Positions 31,587 to 40,796 of a DNA stretch of 64,000 nucleotides are shown here, in pieces. Numbering within the stretch: position 1 is the stretch's first letter; every line of letters starts with the position of its first letter. The notes beneath the pieces were generated by a model. That model saw only the letters and a list, made by a program, of their open reading frames with translations, was not told where the DNA came from and ran no database searches. Source of the stretch: Tortispora ganteri (lineage: Eukaryota); assembly GCA_003707115.1 (NCBI GenBank), contig PPNB01000015.1, positions 1 to 64,000 of the forward strand. Reading direction: 5' to 3'. The position numbers and the translations under genes are program-made.

Positions 31587-31805
31587 CTACATAGAATTAT
31601 TCGCCTGAAGTTTCAGGGCATCATATGTAGAAAATTAACCTACCCATTTGGCTCTCATGATGACTTCAAAAGAGACAACGTGTAGTTGTGTGTTCGAGCT
31701 CCCTTTAAAGGGTTGCTAGGTCTTGGCCGTGACGGCGATAGTTAGGGCACCAAGACTCGTGTCACATCATTGAAATTCTAATAACTCAAATAGGAAATTG
31801 TCTGA
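31587..31805 (+). ncRNA. Candidate structured ncRNA (box C ATGATGA 31657-63, box D CTGA 31802-05); family unassigned
   Basis: Several nested inverted repeats in an ORF-less intergenic region (see findings). No rRNA guide identified. Confidence 0.3.
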
Positions 31806-31957
31806 ATAAGTGTGATGGATCCATTTACGTGACTGTTTGTGAAATACCCTCGCTTATTCGAATATAAAAAACACTTTAATAGATTTTACTAATAGCATTT
31901 ATTATATAAAAAAAAAGGCGCATACATTCACACCCTATATGCACGAGCTGGCTTTCT

Positions 31958-32890
31958 TTAGGCGCGAGGCTTGTTGATGTAGTAATCAGTGCGACCAACC
32001 ATAGCAGCACCCAAATCTGTAGAAACTTCAGCTAACACAGCGGGGTCGTTGTAGTGCGTGACAGCTTGAACAATAGCTTTCGCGCGCTTCTCGGGGTTTT
32101 CGCCGTGGAAGATGCCAGAACCCACAAATACACCGTCACAGCCCAGTTGCATGCATAGCGCGGCATCGGCAGGAGTTGCAACACCTCCAGCAGCAAAGTT
32201 GACAACAGGTAAGCGGCCTTTCTTCGCCGTCTCCTTCAAGAGATGGAAAGAGACGCCTAACTCTTTAGCATATACGTATAGCTCATCATCGCCCATGGTA
32301 GAAGCTCTCTTGATTTGGGCATTGATAGTGCGCATATGACGGACGGCTTCAGTTACGTTACCGGTACCGGCCTCGCCTTTAGTACGGATCATAGCAGCCC
32401 CCTCAGCGATACGGCGCAGAGCCTCGCCGAGGTTTTTCGCTCCGCACACGAAAGGTACGCGGAAATTGTTTTTGGTGATTTGGTGTACATCGTCGGCGGG
32501 TGTCAGAACTTCACTTTCGTCAATGTAATCGACACCTAATGACTCGAGGATTTGAGCTTCAACGAAGTGTCCGATTCGGCATTTGGCCATAACGGGAATA
32601 GAAACGGCCTGCATGATCTCCTTGATGAGCTTGGGGTCAGACATGCGAGCGACTCCACCTTCGGCTCTGATATCTGCGGGGACACGCTCAAGTGCCATTA
32701 CAGCGCAAGCACCAGCACGCTCAGCGATAATAGCTTGCTCAGCATTAACAACATCCATAATAACGCCACCTTTCAGCATTTGAGCAAGACCAGCTTTTAG
32801 TGTGAAACTGGTGTTCGAAGCAGCAGAAGGCTCCACTGGCGGTCTCGGGGTACCAGCAACTGGCACTTGTGAATCGTTGCTTGCAGTCAT
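31958..32890 (-). CDS. SNZ1: Pyridoxal 5'-phosphate synthase subunit Pdx1/Snz
   Basis: '[14 protein letters not shown]', '[10 protein letters not shown]', '[10 protein letters not shown]', '[13 protein letters not shown]', '[10 protein letters not shown]'. Confidence 0.97.
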   Translation of the reverse strand: MTASNDSQVPVAGTPRPPVEPSAASNTSFTLKAGLAQMLKGGVIMDVVNAEQAIIAERAGACAVMALERVPADIRAEGGVARMSDPKLIKEIMQAVSIPVMAKCRIGHFVEAQILESLGVDYIDESEVLTPADDVHQITKNNFRVPFVCGAKNLGEALRRIAEGAAMIRTKGEAGTGNVTEAVRHMRTINAQIKRASTMGDDELYVYAKELGVSFHLLKETAKKGRLPVVNFAAGGVATPADAALCMQLGCDGVFVGSGIFHGENPEKRAKAIVQAVTHYNDPAVLAEVSTDLGAAMVGRTDYYINKPRA

Positions 32891-33104
32891 TGTTTAGCAA
32901 AATATAATAAATAGCAGTAGTTGAAGAGTTCGATATACGTATGCGACTCCGTATTCTATCGTATATCGCTAATCCTTGCCGAGTTTCAAGGGTCTAGTAA
33001 TAAGTAAAGAGTTGTAGGAAGCAATAATTTTTATTAGGCTAAGTAGTTTTCTTTATAGTGATGGAAAAACTCTAATTCTTAGATTACTCACATTAAGAGG
33101 AAAG

Positions 33105-33902
33105 CTATACGCCGTCACGAACTTTATTTTCCTCGATAAGCGCACTTGATATCAGTATCTGTTGAATGATATCAACAGAAATAGAAGAATCAAATGCAGT
33201 AATTAGATCTTCCATTTCTAAAAGTTTTTGTATGCGCAAATGTTTAGGAATGCTACCAGGTACTGGCCTCAGTTTTTCGATTAGAGTAACAATCCAGTGC
33301 AGAACTTGCTTTGCACGATAATTATGCCTAATTGAGGCATAATTGTTCACTATCCGAAACACACTCACCGGTACAGTTCCTCTGTACATAAAGTGAAGAA
33401 TAAATTTTCTTAGTACTTTAGTAGTCAGCCGTTCGATCTTCATGTGTCTGACCCCGTCGGGCCACCAAGTAGGTCTAGTCGACTCTCCACCTTTGAACGG
33501 ATGCATACTTCTTTTTTCCGGCTCCATAAACGCTATGATCTCTTTAACCATAGCCAACAAAAGCCTGATCTGTGCTTCTAGCAGGTGCGCAGCAGCGCAC
33601 ACCAGAAACTCTCTTTTGCTCCAATGTTGTTCCACTATTTCGCAGTTTTCATGAACTGCTACTTGCGGTTCTGCAGAATTATCTGTAACTCCTTTGTACT
33701 CTATTCTGGTACTACAATTGATTAGATCACGCTTAGCAAGAAGATCTTTATCCTCTACTGAACACGTTATTATACTGCCATCGTAAGTGTACGTGCAGAC
33801 CTCATTCGTTCCCGGCCGAAACAAACGAAGCGAATACCTCCATCCAGATTCGTTACAGTATAACTGAAGATGCCGCAAAGCTTCTACAAACTTTGATGAC
33901 AT
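33105..33902 (-). CDS. DUF2841 (YDR124W-like) protein, divergent
   Basis: 'VKEIIAFMEPEKRSMHPFKGG...RPTWWPDGVRH' resembles the DUF2841 core (K.WI...EP.KQ..HPY..G...P.WWP..V.H). Confidence 0.65.
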   Translation of the reverse strand: MSSKFVEALRHLQLYCNESGWRYSLRLFRPGTNEVCTYTYDGSIITCSVEDKDLLAKRDLINCSTRIEYKGVTDNSAEPQVAVHENCEIVEQHWSKREFLVCAAAHLLEAQIRLLLAMVKEIIAFMEPEKRSMHPFKGGESTRPTWWPDGVRHMKIERLTTKVLRKFILHFMYRGTVPVSVFRIVNNYASIRHNYRAKQVLHWIVTLIEKLRPVPGSIPKHLRIQKLLEMEDLITAFDSSISVDIIQQILISSALIEENKVRDGV

Positions 33903-34085
33903 TTATATCTAATAATGGAGATGTTTATGTGGTATGTGGTTCTGCCAAAGTCGAATCTAGTCAACTTAGATATATGAACCACCAAGACTTAAGAACCTTA
34001 TTATACGCTTTCACCAATAACCTTTGAGAACGTTACAACTGTCGACACACTCTACCCTTTGGGATATTTGCTGCCTTAAATCACC

Positions 34086-34094
34086 TCACGTGAC
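34086..34094. promoter_or_regulatory. Cbf1/CDEI site TCACGTGAC upstream of MET5
   Basis: Perfect RTCACGTG on the minus strand, about 110 bp before the MET5 ATG. Cbf1 control of MET genes is established in yeasts. CCAAT at 34127. Confidence 0.75.
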
Positions 34095-34201
34095 TTTGTG
34101 CCATGCATCCGAAGCGCACGCCATGACCAATCATAGATGTGTGATTACTCAATACTCAACTCTGCAAGCGCTTCTTTATTCTTCCGGTATATCGAGTGAA
34201 C

Positions 34202-37200
34202 ATGCCTTCTCAAGTTGGATATATCAATTCAGCACTTTTAGCAACTGCTAGACTTGCCTACCAAGCGTCAGTATCTCTGGTTGTCGTCAACTCTGCTGAT
34301 CTAGCGCCAGCGATAGAGCAGATCGATGATCTTCGTAGATCGGACTTGGCCTCGCTTTTGAAAGACGTACAGAAACCACTGAATGTACTGAAGGTCTATC
34401 CGACTGCAGAACCATTCGCTACATTGGTATCTTTGCTGTCATCTGTCCAGCAGCTAACGTCGATCATTGTTCCAGCATCGTTGCTGCTCGAAGGTCTCGC
34501 ATATCTTCCCCGCCTTCTTGCTTTGCCTGTAGTGATTCACGTCTGGTTCGATAAAAAGTCTGATATACACGATCTATACCTGTTAAAGGATATTGGATTC
34601 CCTGTTTTGTTTTCTTACAACGCTCAAGATGCCCAGGACCTGGCCACTGTCGCTCACTCTTACTCCCTCTCAACTAACAAAGCCATCGTACACGCTATCT
34701 CGGAGTACAGAAGCGCACCCGTTTCCATCGAAGACCACCGACTGCTTCTTGAACTTATCTCTTCTGTTGAACTACATACCTTCACGAAGTCTGTAGAACT
34801 CTACACATCTGTTGAATCCAGTGAAGAACCTACTGAGAGTTTTGACGCTGCTTCGAATCCAGAGACTTCTGTTGATGTTTCAACCGCTGAAAAGCAGGAA
34901 ACATTCTTAAATCATCTCTTTGATTTAGTGAAGGCTATTACTGGTCGTACTTATGAAATTTATGATGTATCTGGTGATAGATCAAGCGAATGGGCAATTT
35001 TAGCACCTGGATACTACTCTAATATCATCAATGAGGCGTTAAATGACTCTTCTTTCTTACTTATCCGTCCAAGGATATTGTCTCCTGTTCGCTCAGAGAC
35101 CTTGACGCAAGCAATTCCTTCTACCGTTAAACGCATTGCTGTCCTCGAGCAAGCCTCGGAGTTGCGTCGCAGATGGGGTCCTGTTTTGATTTCTATAGTG
35201 TCCTCATTTAATGCCGAAAAGTCTCCTGATTTTGAACTGGTGGATTACTTGTTGTTAGGTGTGCAACCTGATACTGTGGGTCAGGCTTTAAAGAGAATTT
35301 TGGCGAATTTGACGTCTGAGCATCCTGTTCAAGGTACAACCATTGAAGAGCTAGAGACTGTTGAAGAGCCTAAAGAGCAGTATGTTCAACCGAAATTGGA
35401 GCAAGTCTACACCAAAGTCTTGCAACATGCTGCTGGTTCTCATTTGAGCATTGTGAACTCTCTTCGGGATACCGCATATGGGGCATCGCGACCTGAATTT
35501 GGTTTGGGAAAGTATTTGAAACACTCACAAACTAGGGAATCTGTTTTAACTGACCTACAGGATTTACTTACTAAGGTTGGCGCTTTGAGTACTGTAGGCA
35601 AAGCGATCTCTTCCTGGTTAGCCAGTGACCAGGATGCAAATATATCTTTCGACGAACACGCAAGAATCACAGATCAGCTTATTGACAGCTTAGCTGGAGG
35701 TGCGAGTGCTGATTCTATTTTACGCAGGAAGGAATACCTGTACCGCAAAGCTTTTTGGATTATCAGCTCAGATATCTGGGCCTATGATTTTGGAACTTCT
35801 GGTGTTCATCATGCCCTCTCATCTGGAGCTGATATCAATATACTTGTTATCGAGAATGCGCCTTACAGCAAAAGACACGAAGTCAATGTGCCAAAGAAAG
35901 ATATAGCGCTGTATGCTTTGAACTATGGTAACGCATACACTGCATCAGTTGCTGTTTACTCTTCTTATACCCAAACGCTTCAGGCTATTCATGAAGCGCA
36001 GCAGTACAGAGGTCCTTCTGTCGTAGTGGCTTATTTGCCTTACACTGAGCCTACTGACAGTGCTATTTCAGTTGTTCGTGAGACTAAATGTGCTGTAGAC
36101 TCTGGTTATTGGCCGTTATTCCGCTGGGATCCTATTGCAGACGACCAAAATAAGGATGACGCATTCAAATTGGATTCCGGAAAACTTCGCCGTGAACTTC
36201 AAGAGTTTCTCGACAGATCAAACAGACTTACTGAGCTTTCAAAGCGCCTTCCTGATATCAACCCGGTCGTGTCACATTCTTACGGAAGTGAAATTAGAAC
36301 TCGTCAACGGAGAGAAGCTAAAGATTCTGTGCTAAAGTTACTAGAAGGATTGAATGGACCTCCAGTTACTATTTTGTTTGCATCCGATGGAGGAACTGCT
36401 GAATCTGTAGCTAAGCGTCTAGGGCGCAGGTCTAAAGCTCGTGGATTGACTCCAATTGTTCTAGCAATGGACGATTACCCTATTGAAGACCTTCCGCAGG
36501 AGCATAATGTAGTATTTATTACTTCTACCGCTGGACAAGGTGAAATTCCACAAAACGGTCGTGCGTTCTGGGAAAGCTTTAAAAGCAGCACTGACCTTGA
36601 CTTGAGTTTAGTTAACTTTGCAGTTTTTGGGATGGGTGACAGTCATTATTGGCCCAGAAAGGAGGACGAAATCTATTACAACAAACCTTCTAAAGATATA
36701 CACGCCAAACTGGTTCTGTACGGTGGTAAGGAACTGGTTCCTCTTGGTCTTGGAGACGACCAAGACCCTGATGGATACGAAACAGCTTACAAAGAATGGG
36801 AACAGGCCCTATGGCCTACACTTGGTGCATCTACTGATGCGGTTATTGATGAACCACCACCCCTCACTAATGAAGATATAAAGCTTGCTTCAAATTACTT
36901 ACGAGGAACTATTCTAGAGGGTCTAGCTGATGAAACCACTGGTGCGATTTCTGCTAGTGACCAGCAACTCACCAAATTCCATGGAACATACTTGCAGGAT
37001 GACCGCGATTTGCGCGAAGAGCGCAAAGCTCAAGGACTGGAGCCTGCGTACGCTTTTATGATTCGTGTGCGTCTGCCCGGATGCGTGGCTACACCAGAAC
37101 AGTGGCTTCAAATGCACAAACTGGCAGATGAGACGGGAAATCATACTATGAAGATCACTACTCGAGGTACCTTTCAACTTCATGGTGTTCTAAAGCGTAA

Positions 37201-38590
37201 CATGAAGCGTACTATGAAAGGAATTAATGCCGTTCTTCTGGATACAATTGCTGCCTGTGGTGATGTTAATCGAAATGTTACTTTAAGCGCTTTGCCAACA
37301 CACTCAAAGCTGCAATCAGAACTTTTGGATATGTGTAAGGATCTTAGCGAACACTTACTACCTCGTACTAAGGCGTATCATGAGATATGGCTTACGGATG
37401 AAAATGATACTAAGATCAAAGCAAGCGGCAATGTCGATGTTGATTTGAACGAAGACGAAGAGCCATTTTATGGCAAGACCTATTTGCCCAGAAAGTTCAA
37501 AATATCCGTGTGTGTTCCTCCTTACAATGACACTGATGTGTATGCACACGACGTAGGATTGATTGCTATTGTTGAAGACGGAAAACTCGTTGGTTATAAC
37601 GTTCTTGCTGGCGGCGGTATGGGCACCACACACAGCAACACCAAGACGTATCCTCGTACAGGATCTATGATGGGCTTTATTGTCAAAGAGGATGTCAACA
37701 TTGCATGTGAAAAGATTTGCGAGATTCAAAGAGACAATGGAGACCGCAAGAACCGCAAGCACGCTCGTCTCAAATATACTATTGACGATCTCGGTGTTGA
37801 CAAGTTTAAGTCTATGGTGGAGGAATCTTGGGGTAAGAAGTTTTTGGAGCCGAAACCATTCAAACTTGAATCCAACATTGATCATTTTGGTTGGGTTAAA
37901 GATGAGCTTGGGCTCAATCACTTCACTATGTTTATTGAAAACGGCAGAGTGGAAGACACTCCTGAATTTCAAATGAAAGCTGGCTTGAAGGTTCTGGCCG
38001 AAGCTCTTTGCAATGGCCGTGGTGAGTTTAGATTGACGGCAAACCAGCACGTTGTTATCAGCAATATATCAGATGAAGATCTACCTGGTGTAAAGAAGAT
38101 CCTAGCTGACTACAAACTGGATAATATCAAGCATACGGGTCTACGCCTTGGATCTGCCGCCTGTGTTGGATTTCCGACCTGCGGTCTGGCCATGGCCGAG
38201 AGCGAGAGGTATCTTCCGGAGTTCCTGGCCAAGTTGGAAAGCAGCCTTGAAGAGTACGGTCTTCGACATGACAGTGTTACACTGCGCATGACTGGTTGCC
38301 CTAACGGGTGTGCACGTCCATTTTTGTCAGAAGTTGCTTTAGTCGGAAAAGCACCAGGAACTTACAACTTGCTGCTTGGCGGAGGATACTACGGAGAAAG
38401 ACTCAATAAGATATTCCGCTACTCTGTTAACGAGGAGCAGATATTGGATATTCTTAAACCGCTTTTTAAGCGCTGGGCCCTGGAAAGGAACGACGGTGAA
38501 CATTTTGGCGATTTCTTAATCCGATCTGGAGTTATAGCTCCTACTGTTAGCGGAAAGGAGTTTTATGAGAATATTCCAATTGAGGCCTAA
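34202..38590 (+). CDS. MET5: Sulfite reductase (NADPH) beta/hemoprotein subunit Met5/Ecm17 (ATG 34202)
   Basis: PFOR-like N-terminal half, flavodoxin domain 'ILFASDGGTAE', 'KFHGTYLQDDRD', siroheme/4Fe-4S ligands 'CVGFPTCGLA' and 'TGCPNGC'. Confidence 0.98.
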   Translation: MPSQVGYINSALLATARLAYQASVSLVVVNSADLAPAIEQIDDLRRSDLASLLKDVQKPLNVLKVYPTAEPFATLVSLLSSVQQLTSIIVPASLLLEGLAYLPRLLALPVVIHVWFDKKSDIHDLYLLKDIGFPVLFSYNAQDAQDLATVAHSYSLSTNKAIVHAISEYRSAPVSIEDHRLLLELISSVELHTFTKSVELYTSVESSEEPTESFDAASNPETSVDVSTAEKQETFLNHLFDLVKAITGRTYEIYDVSGDRSSEWAILAPGYYSNIINEALNDSSFLLIRPRILSPVRSETLTQAIPSTVKRIAVLEQASELRRRWGPVLISIVSSFNAEKSPDFELVDYLLLGVQPDTVGQALKRILANLTSEHPVQGTTIEELETVEEPKEQYVQPKLEQVYTKVLQHAAGSHLSIVNSLRDTAYGASRPEFGLGKYLKHSQTRESVLTDLQDLLTKVGALSTVGKAISSWLASDQDANISFDEHARITDQLIDSLAGGASADSILRRKEYLYRKAFWIISSDIWAYDFGTSGVHHALSSGADINILVIENAPYSKRHEVNVPKKDIALYALNYGNAYTASVAVYSSYTQTLQAIHEAQQYRGPSVVVAYLPYTEPTDSAISVVRETKCAVDSGYWPLFRWDPIADDQNKDDAFKLDSGKLRRELQEFLDRSNRLTELSKRLPDINPVVSHSYGSEIRTRQRREAKDSVLKLLEGLNGPPVTILFASDGGTAESVAKRLGRRSKARGLTPIVLAMDDYPIEDLPQEHNVVFITSTAGQGEIPQNGRAFWESFKSSTDLDLSLVNFAVFGMGDSHYWPRKEDEIYYNKPSKDIHAKLVLYGGKELVPLGLGDDQDPDGYETAYKEWEQALWPTLGASTDAVIDEPPPLTNEDIKLASNYLRGTILEGLADETTGAISASDQQLTKFHGTYLQDDRDLREERKAQGLEPAYAFMIRVRLPGCVATPEQWLQMHKLADETGNHTMKITTRGTFQLHGVLKRNMKRTMKGINAVLLDTIAACGDVNRNVTLSALPTHSKLQSELLDMCKDLSEHLLPRTKAYHEIWLTDENDTKIKASGNVDVDLNEDEEPFYGKTYLPRKFKISVCVPPYNDTDVYAHDVGLIAIVEDGKLVGYNVLAGGGMGTTHSNTKTYPRTGSMMGFIVKEDVNIACEKICEIQRDNGDRKNRKHARLKYTIDDLGVDKFKSMVEESWGKKFLEPKPFKLESNIDHFGWVKDELGLNHFTMFIENGRVEDTPEFQMKAGLKVLAEALCNGRGEFRLTANQHVVISNISDEDLPGVKKILADYKLDNIKHTGLRLGSAACVGFPTCGLAMAESERYLPEFLAKLESSLEEYGLRHDSVTLRMTGCPNGCARPFLSEVALVGKAPGTYNLLLGGGYYGERLNKIFRYSVNEEQILDILKPLFKRWALERNDGEHFGDFLIRSGVIAPTVSGKEFYENIPIEA

Positions 38591-38797
38591 CAGCCTAAAC
38601 AATTTTCTTACGATACAGTGATATAAAAGTTGTTACTTATCCTAACACATAATTAAACGTGCCATCGGCGTAATCGATTTAGAAATAACGTGACAGATTA
38701 GCTAACACATCAACTACCAGTTGTCTTCAGACAATTAGAAAATTAAAAACTAAACTAAACAGGTAGTTTGGAAAGAGCTTGTTAATAGGCCAGTTCC

Positions 38798-39870
38798 TTA
38801 TAGTGAAGGGAACTCGTCAGAAGACAAGAAGTTGGTTTGGCTACCAGACGAACGAGAGCCTGATTGAGCTTTTCCTCCACGAGGGCCACCACGAGCAGCT
38901 TGAGGCTTTCCGCCTCTGGCACTGCCGCCGCGAGCACCACCTCGAGCACCACCGCGTTGAGAGCCCCCACGTTGAGAACCACCGCGAGATTGCTTTCCGT
39001 CCCTTGGAGCATCTCTGGAACGAGGAGGTCGAGAAGAGGTGTCGGGAAGAGCAGCAGCAATAGGAGCAGTAAAGTCAAGCTCTAAGATGGTTTTCTCTTT
39101 GCGAGGTTTGGATGAGGACTCAGAAGACTTAGACTTGCTTGATCCAATAGTGATTTCTTTCTCTGTAGCTTTTTCAAGAACTTTGAACTCAGGGCCCAAA
39201 GAAACGTCACGAACTTGTCTTGGAGCGGAACTGGGGAGATTCTTCTGGCTTTGTTCAGCCAAATACTCTTCAAGAGTTTGAATAGGGACTTTGTTCTCAG
39301 CTTCAGCTGCAGCTTCATCAGCCTCAGCATCGGCCTCAGCTAGCTCTTCGTCTTCAAGAGCATGCTCATCTGAACCCCAGGCTCTGCTAACTTGCTTTTC
39401 GGAATCGATACGACCAGTAGCAGAGTGTCTGTCGAGGGTTCTCTTGGTTCTCTTAGAATTGGTATTGGAGGGACCAGCGATCGATCTATTGACTTCGGTA
39501 GAGATTGATTTGTCCTTGAACAACTTGTCGTTGACGTTCTTCGAGGTAACTTTTCCAGCCTTCTTGCTCTTCTGGGCGCCCTTCTTTCCGTCGATAGGAG
39601 CAGAACCTTCACCTTCTTCGGGTAGGAGGCTAAATAAATTCTTTTAAACATTGTTAGCAGACGTTCAAATATATACTTGGTAAGTTTGCACATTAAAAAT
39701 GGGTTCCTTTAGGCGGGTCACGCTAGCGAAAAGGCACAAAGCAATGTGACACTACCACTCCACCATTGGCAGAACCACCGAAGCAAATTTTAGAGCATTA
39801 AATCAGCTCAATCTAATCTATAAGAAAAAAATTCTTTATAAATACTTACTCTTGGTGCGGTGGCAGCCAT
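38798..39870 (-). CDS. STM1: Stm1/SERBP1-like ribosome preservation factor; exons 39870-39850 and 39640-38798 (287 aa)
   Basis: Exon 1 MAATAPR; 209-nt intron GTAAGT...GCTAAC...AAG; in-frame 'NLFSLL', 'DRHSATGRIDSEKQVSRAWG', 'TLEEYL', RGG tract, C-terminal 'FPSL'. Confidence 0.9.
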
Positions 39871-40242
39871 TGTTATTTTGTCTTTCTGGTGTAGACTACG
39901 TAATGTCAGTAGGAAGTGAGACGAGCCCTCGAAAATTTTAATCACATTAACCCCACACGTCGCCTGGAACGCCAAAGTGATTAGGGTTGAGAGGGTTGAT
40001 ATACTACGCTTTACTTATATTCGTGCTGGCTTCAAAGACACAAAATGGTACGAAAATTCTAAGCATATAATACTATTGGTTCATAAATATTTCGTAGACT
40101 ATGTACAAAAGCACAGCGATGTGTTGGTAGGCCAGTGTCAGCCCTAGCCACAGAGCATCAGCAAAGTCCTCGTTTCTGCAATATGAAGTGGTGTATGACT
40201 ATAAATGACAGAAATCACACAAAGATAACAGAACGCATAAGA

Positions 40243-40625
40243 CTAAAATCCTTCAGGTGGATTCCTTATAGTTTGTTTAGTCCATCTGTGCGTTAAATGG
40301 ACTCCTTTGCGATAACCTTTAGCGGTCTTGCTGAAGACAAAGTATTTGTCGTAAGGCTTCATATCTTTCTGTTTCGGAACTTTCTGTATAAACTCGTCTA
40401 GGCGTTTAAACGTCTCTCCCTGGCTCTCCAGGCTTGTTTTCAGAGTCTCTATATTTGAATCTACAGTTTCCATCCTCTTCCTGTGTCTGTACTTTCTCAT
40501 GCTGGACATTCTCCATGGGTGTTTCCTGGACATGTTAGTCACATAAATATTCTTAAATTTATTAATATCACTTACCATAAATAGCCTCCAAATCTCACCG
40601 CGGTTGCCTTGAAAGCGCCGTTCAT
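40243..40625 (-). CDS. MRPL31: Mitochondrial ribosomal protein mL60; exons 40625-40576 and 40525-40243 (110 aa)
   Basis: MNGAFKATAVRFGGYLW/KHPWRMS joined across a 50-nt intron GTAAGT...GACTAAC ATGTCCAG; 'DKYFVFSK...YRKGVH...WTK...NPPEGF'. Confidence 0.9.
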
Positions 40626-40796
40626 AATGAAGTAGTAATGAAAAGTAAGAAAATCTCCTTCGGTGTTAAACAACCGGAAGGTTATTCTCCCAAGTGCACG
40701 AGGGCCAAAACATCAAATGCTTTTGCAAACACACAATGCTAAATACTAATCGTTATATAAATAATAAGTAACGTATTCTTTCTAGTAAAATTCCGC

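Noticed and set aside
31587..31630. SECIS-like or hammerhead-like reading of the hairpin (ATGA...AAA...GA)
   Set aside because: The stem is too short for SECIS, no TGA-interrupted gene lies nearby, and the hammerhead core CUGAUGA/GAAA is incomplete.
37358..38050. 230-aa ORF antisense to MET5
   Set aside because: Typical antisense shadow of a codon-biased conserved gene.
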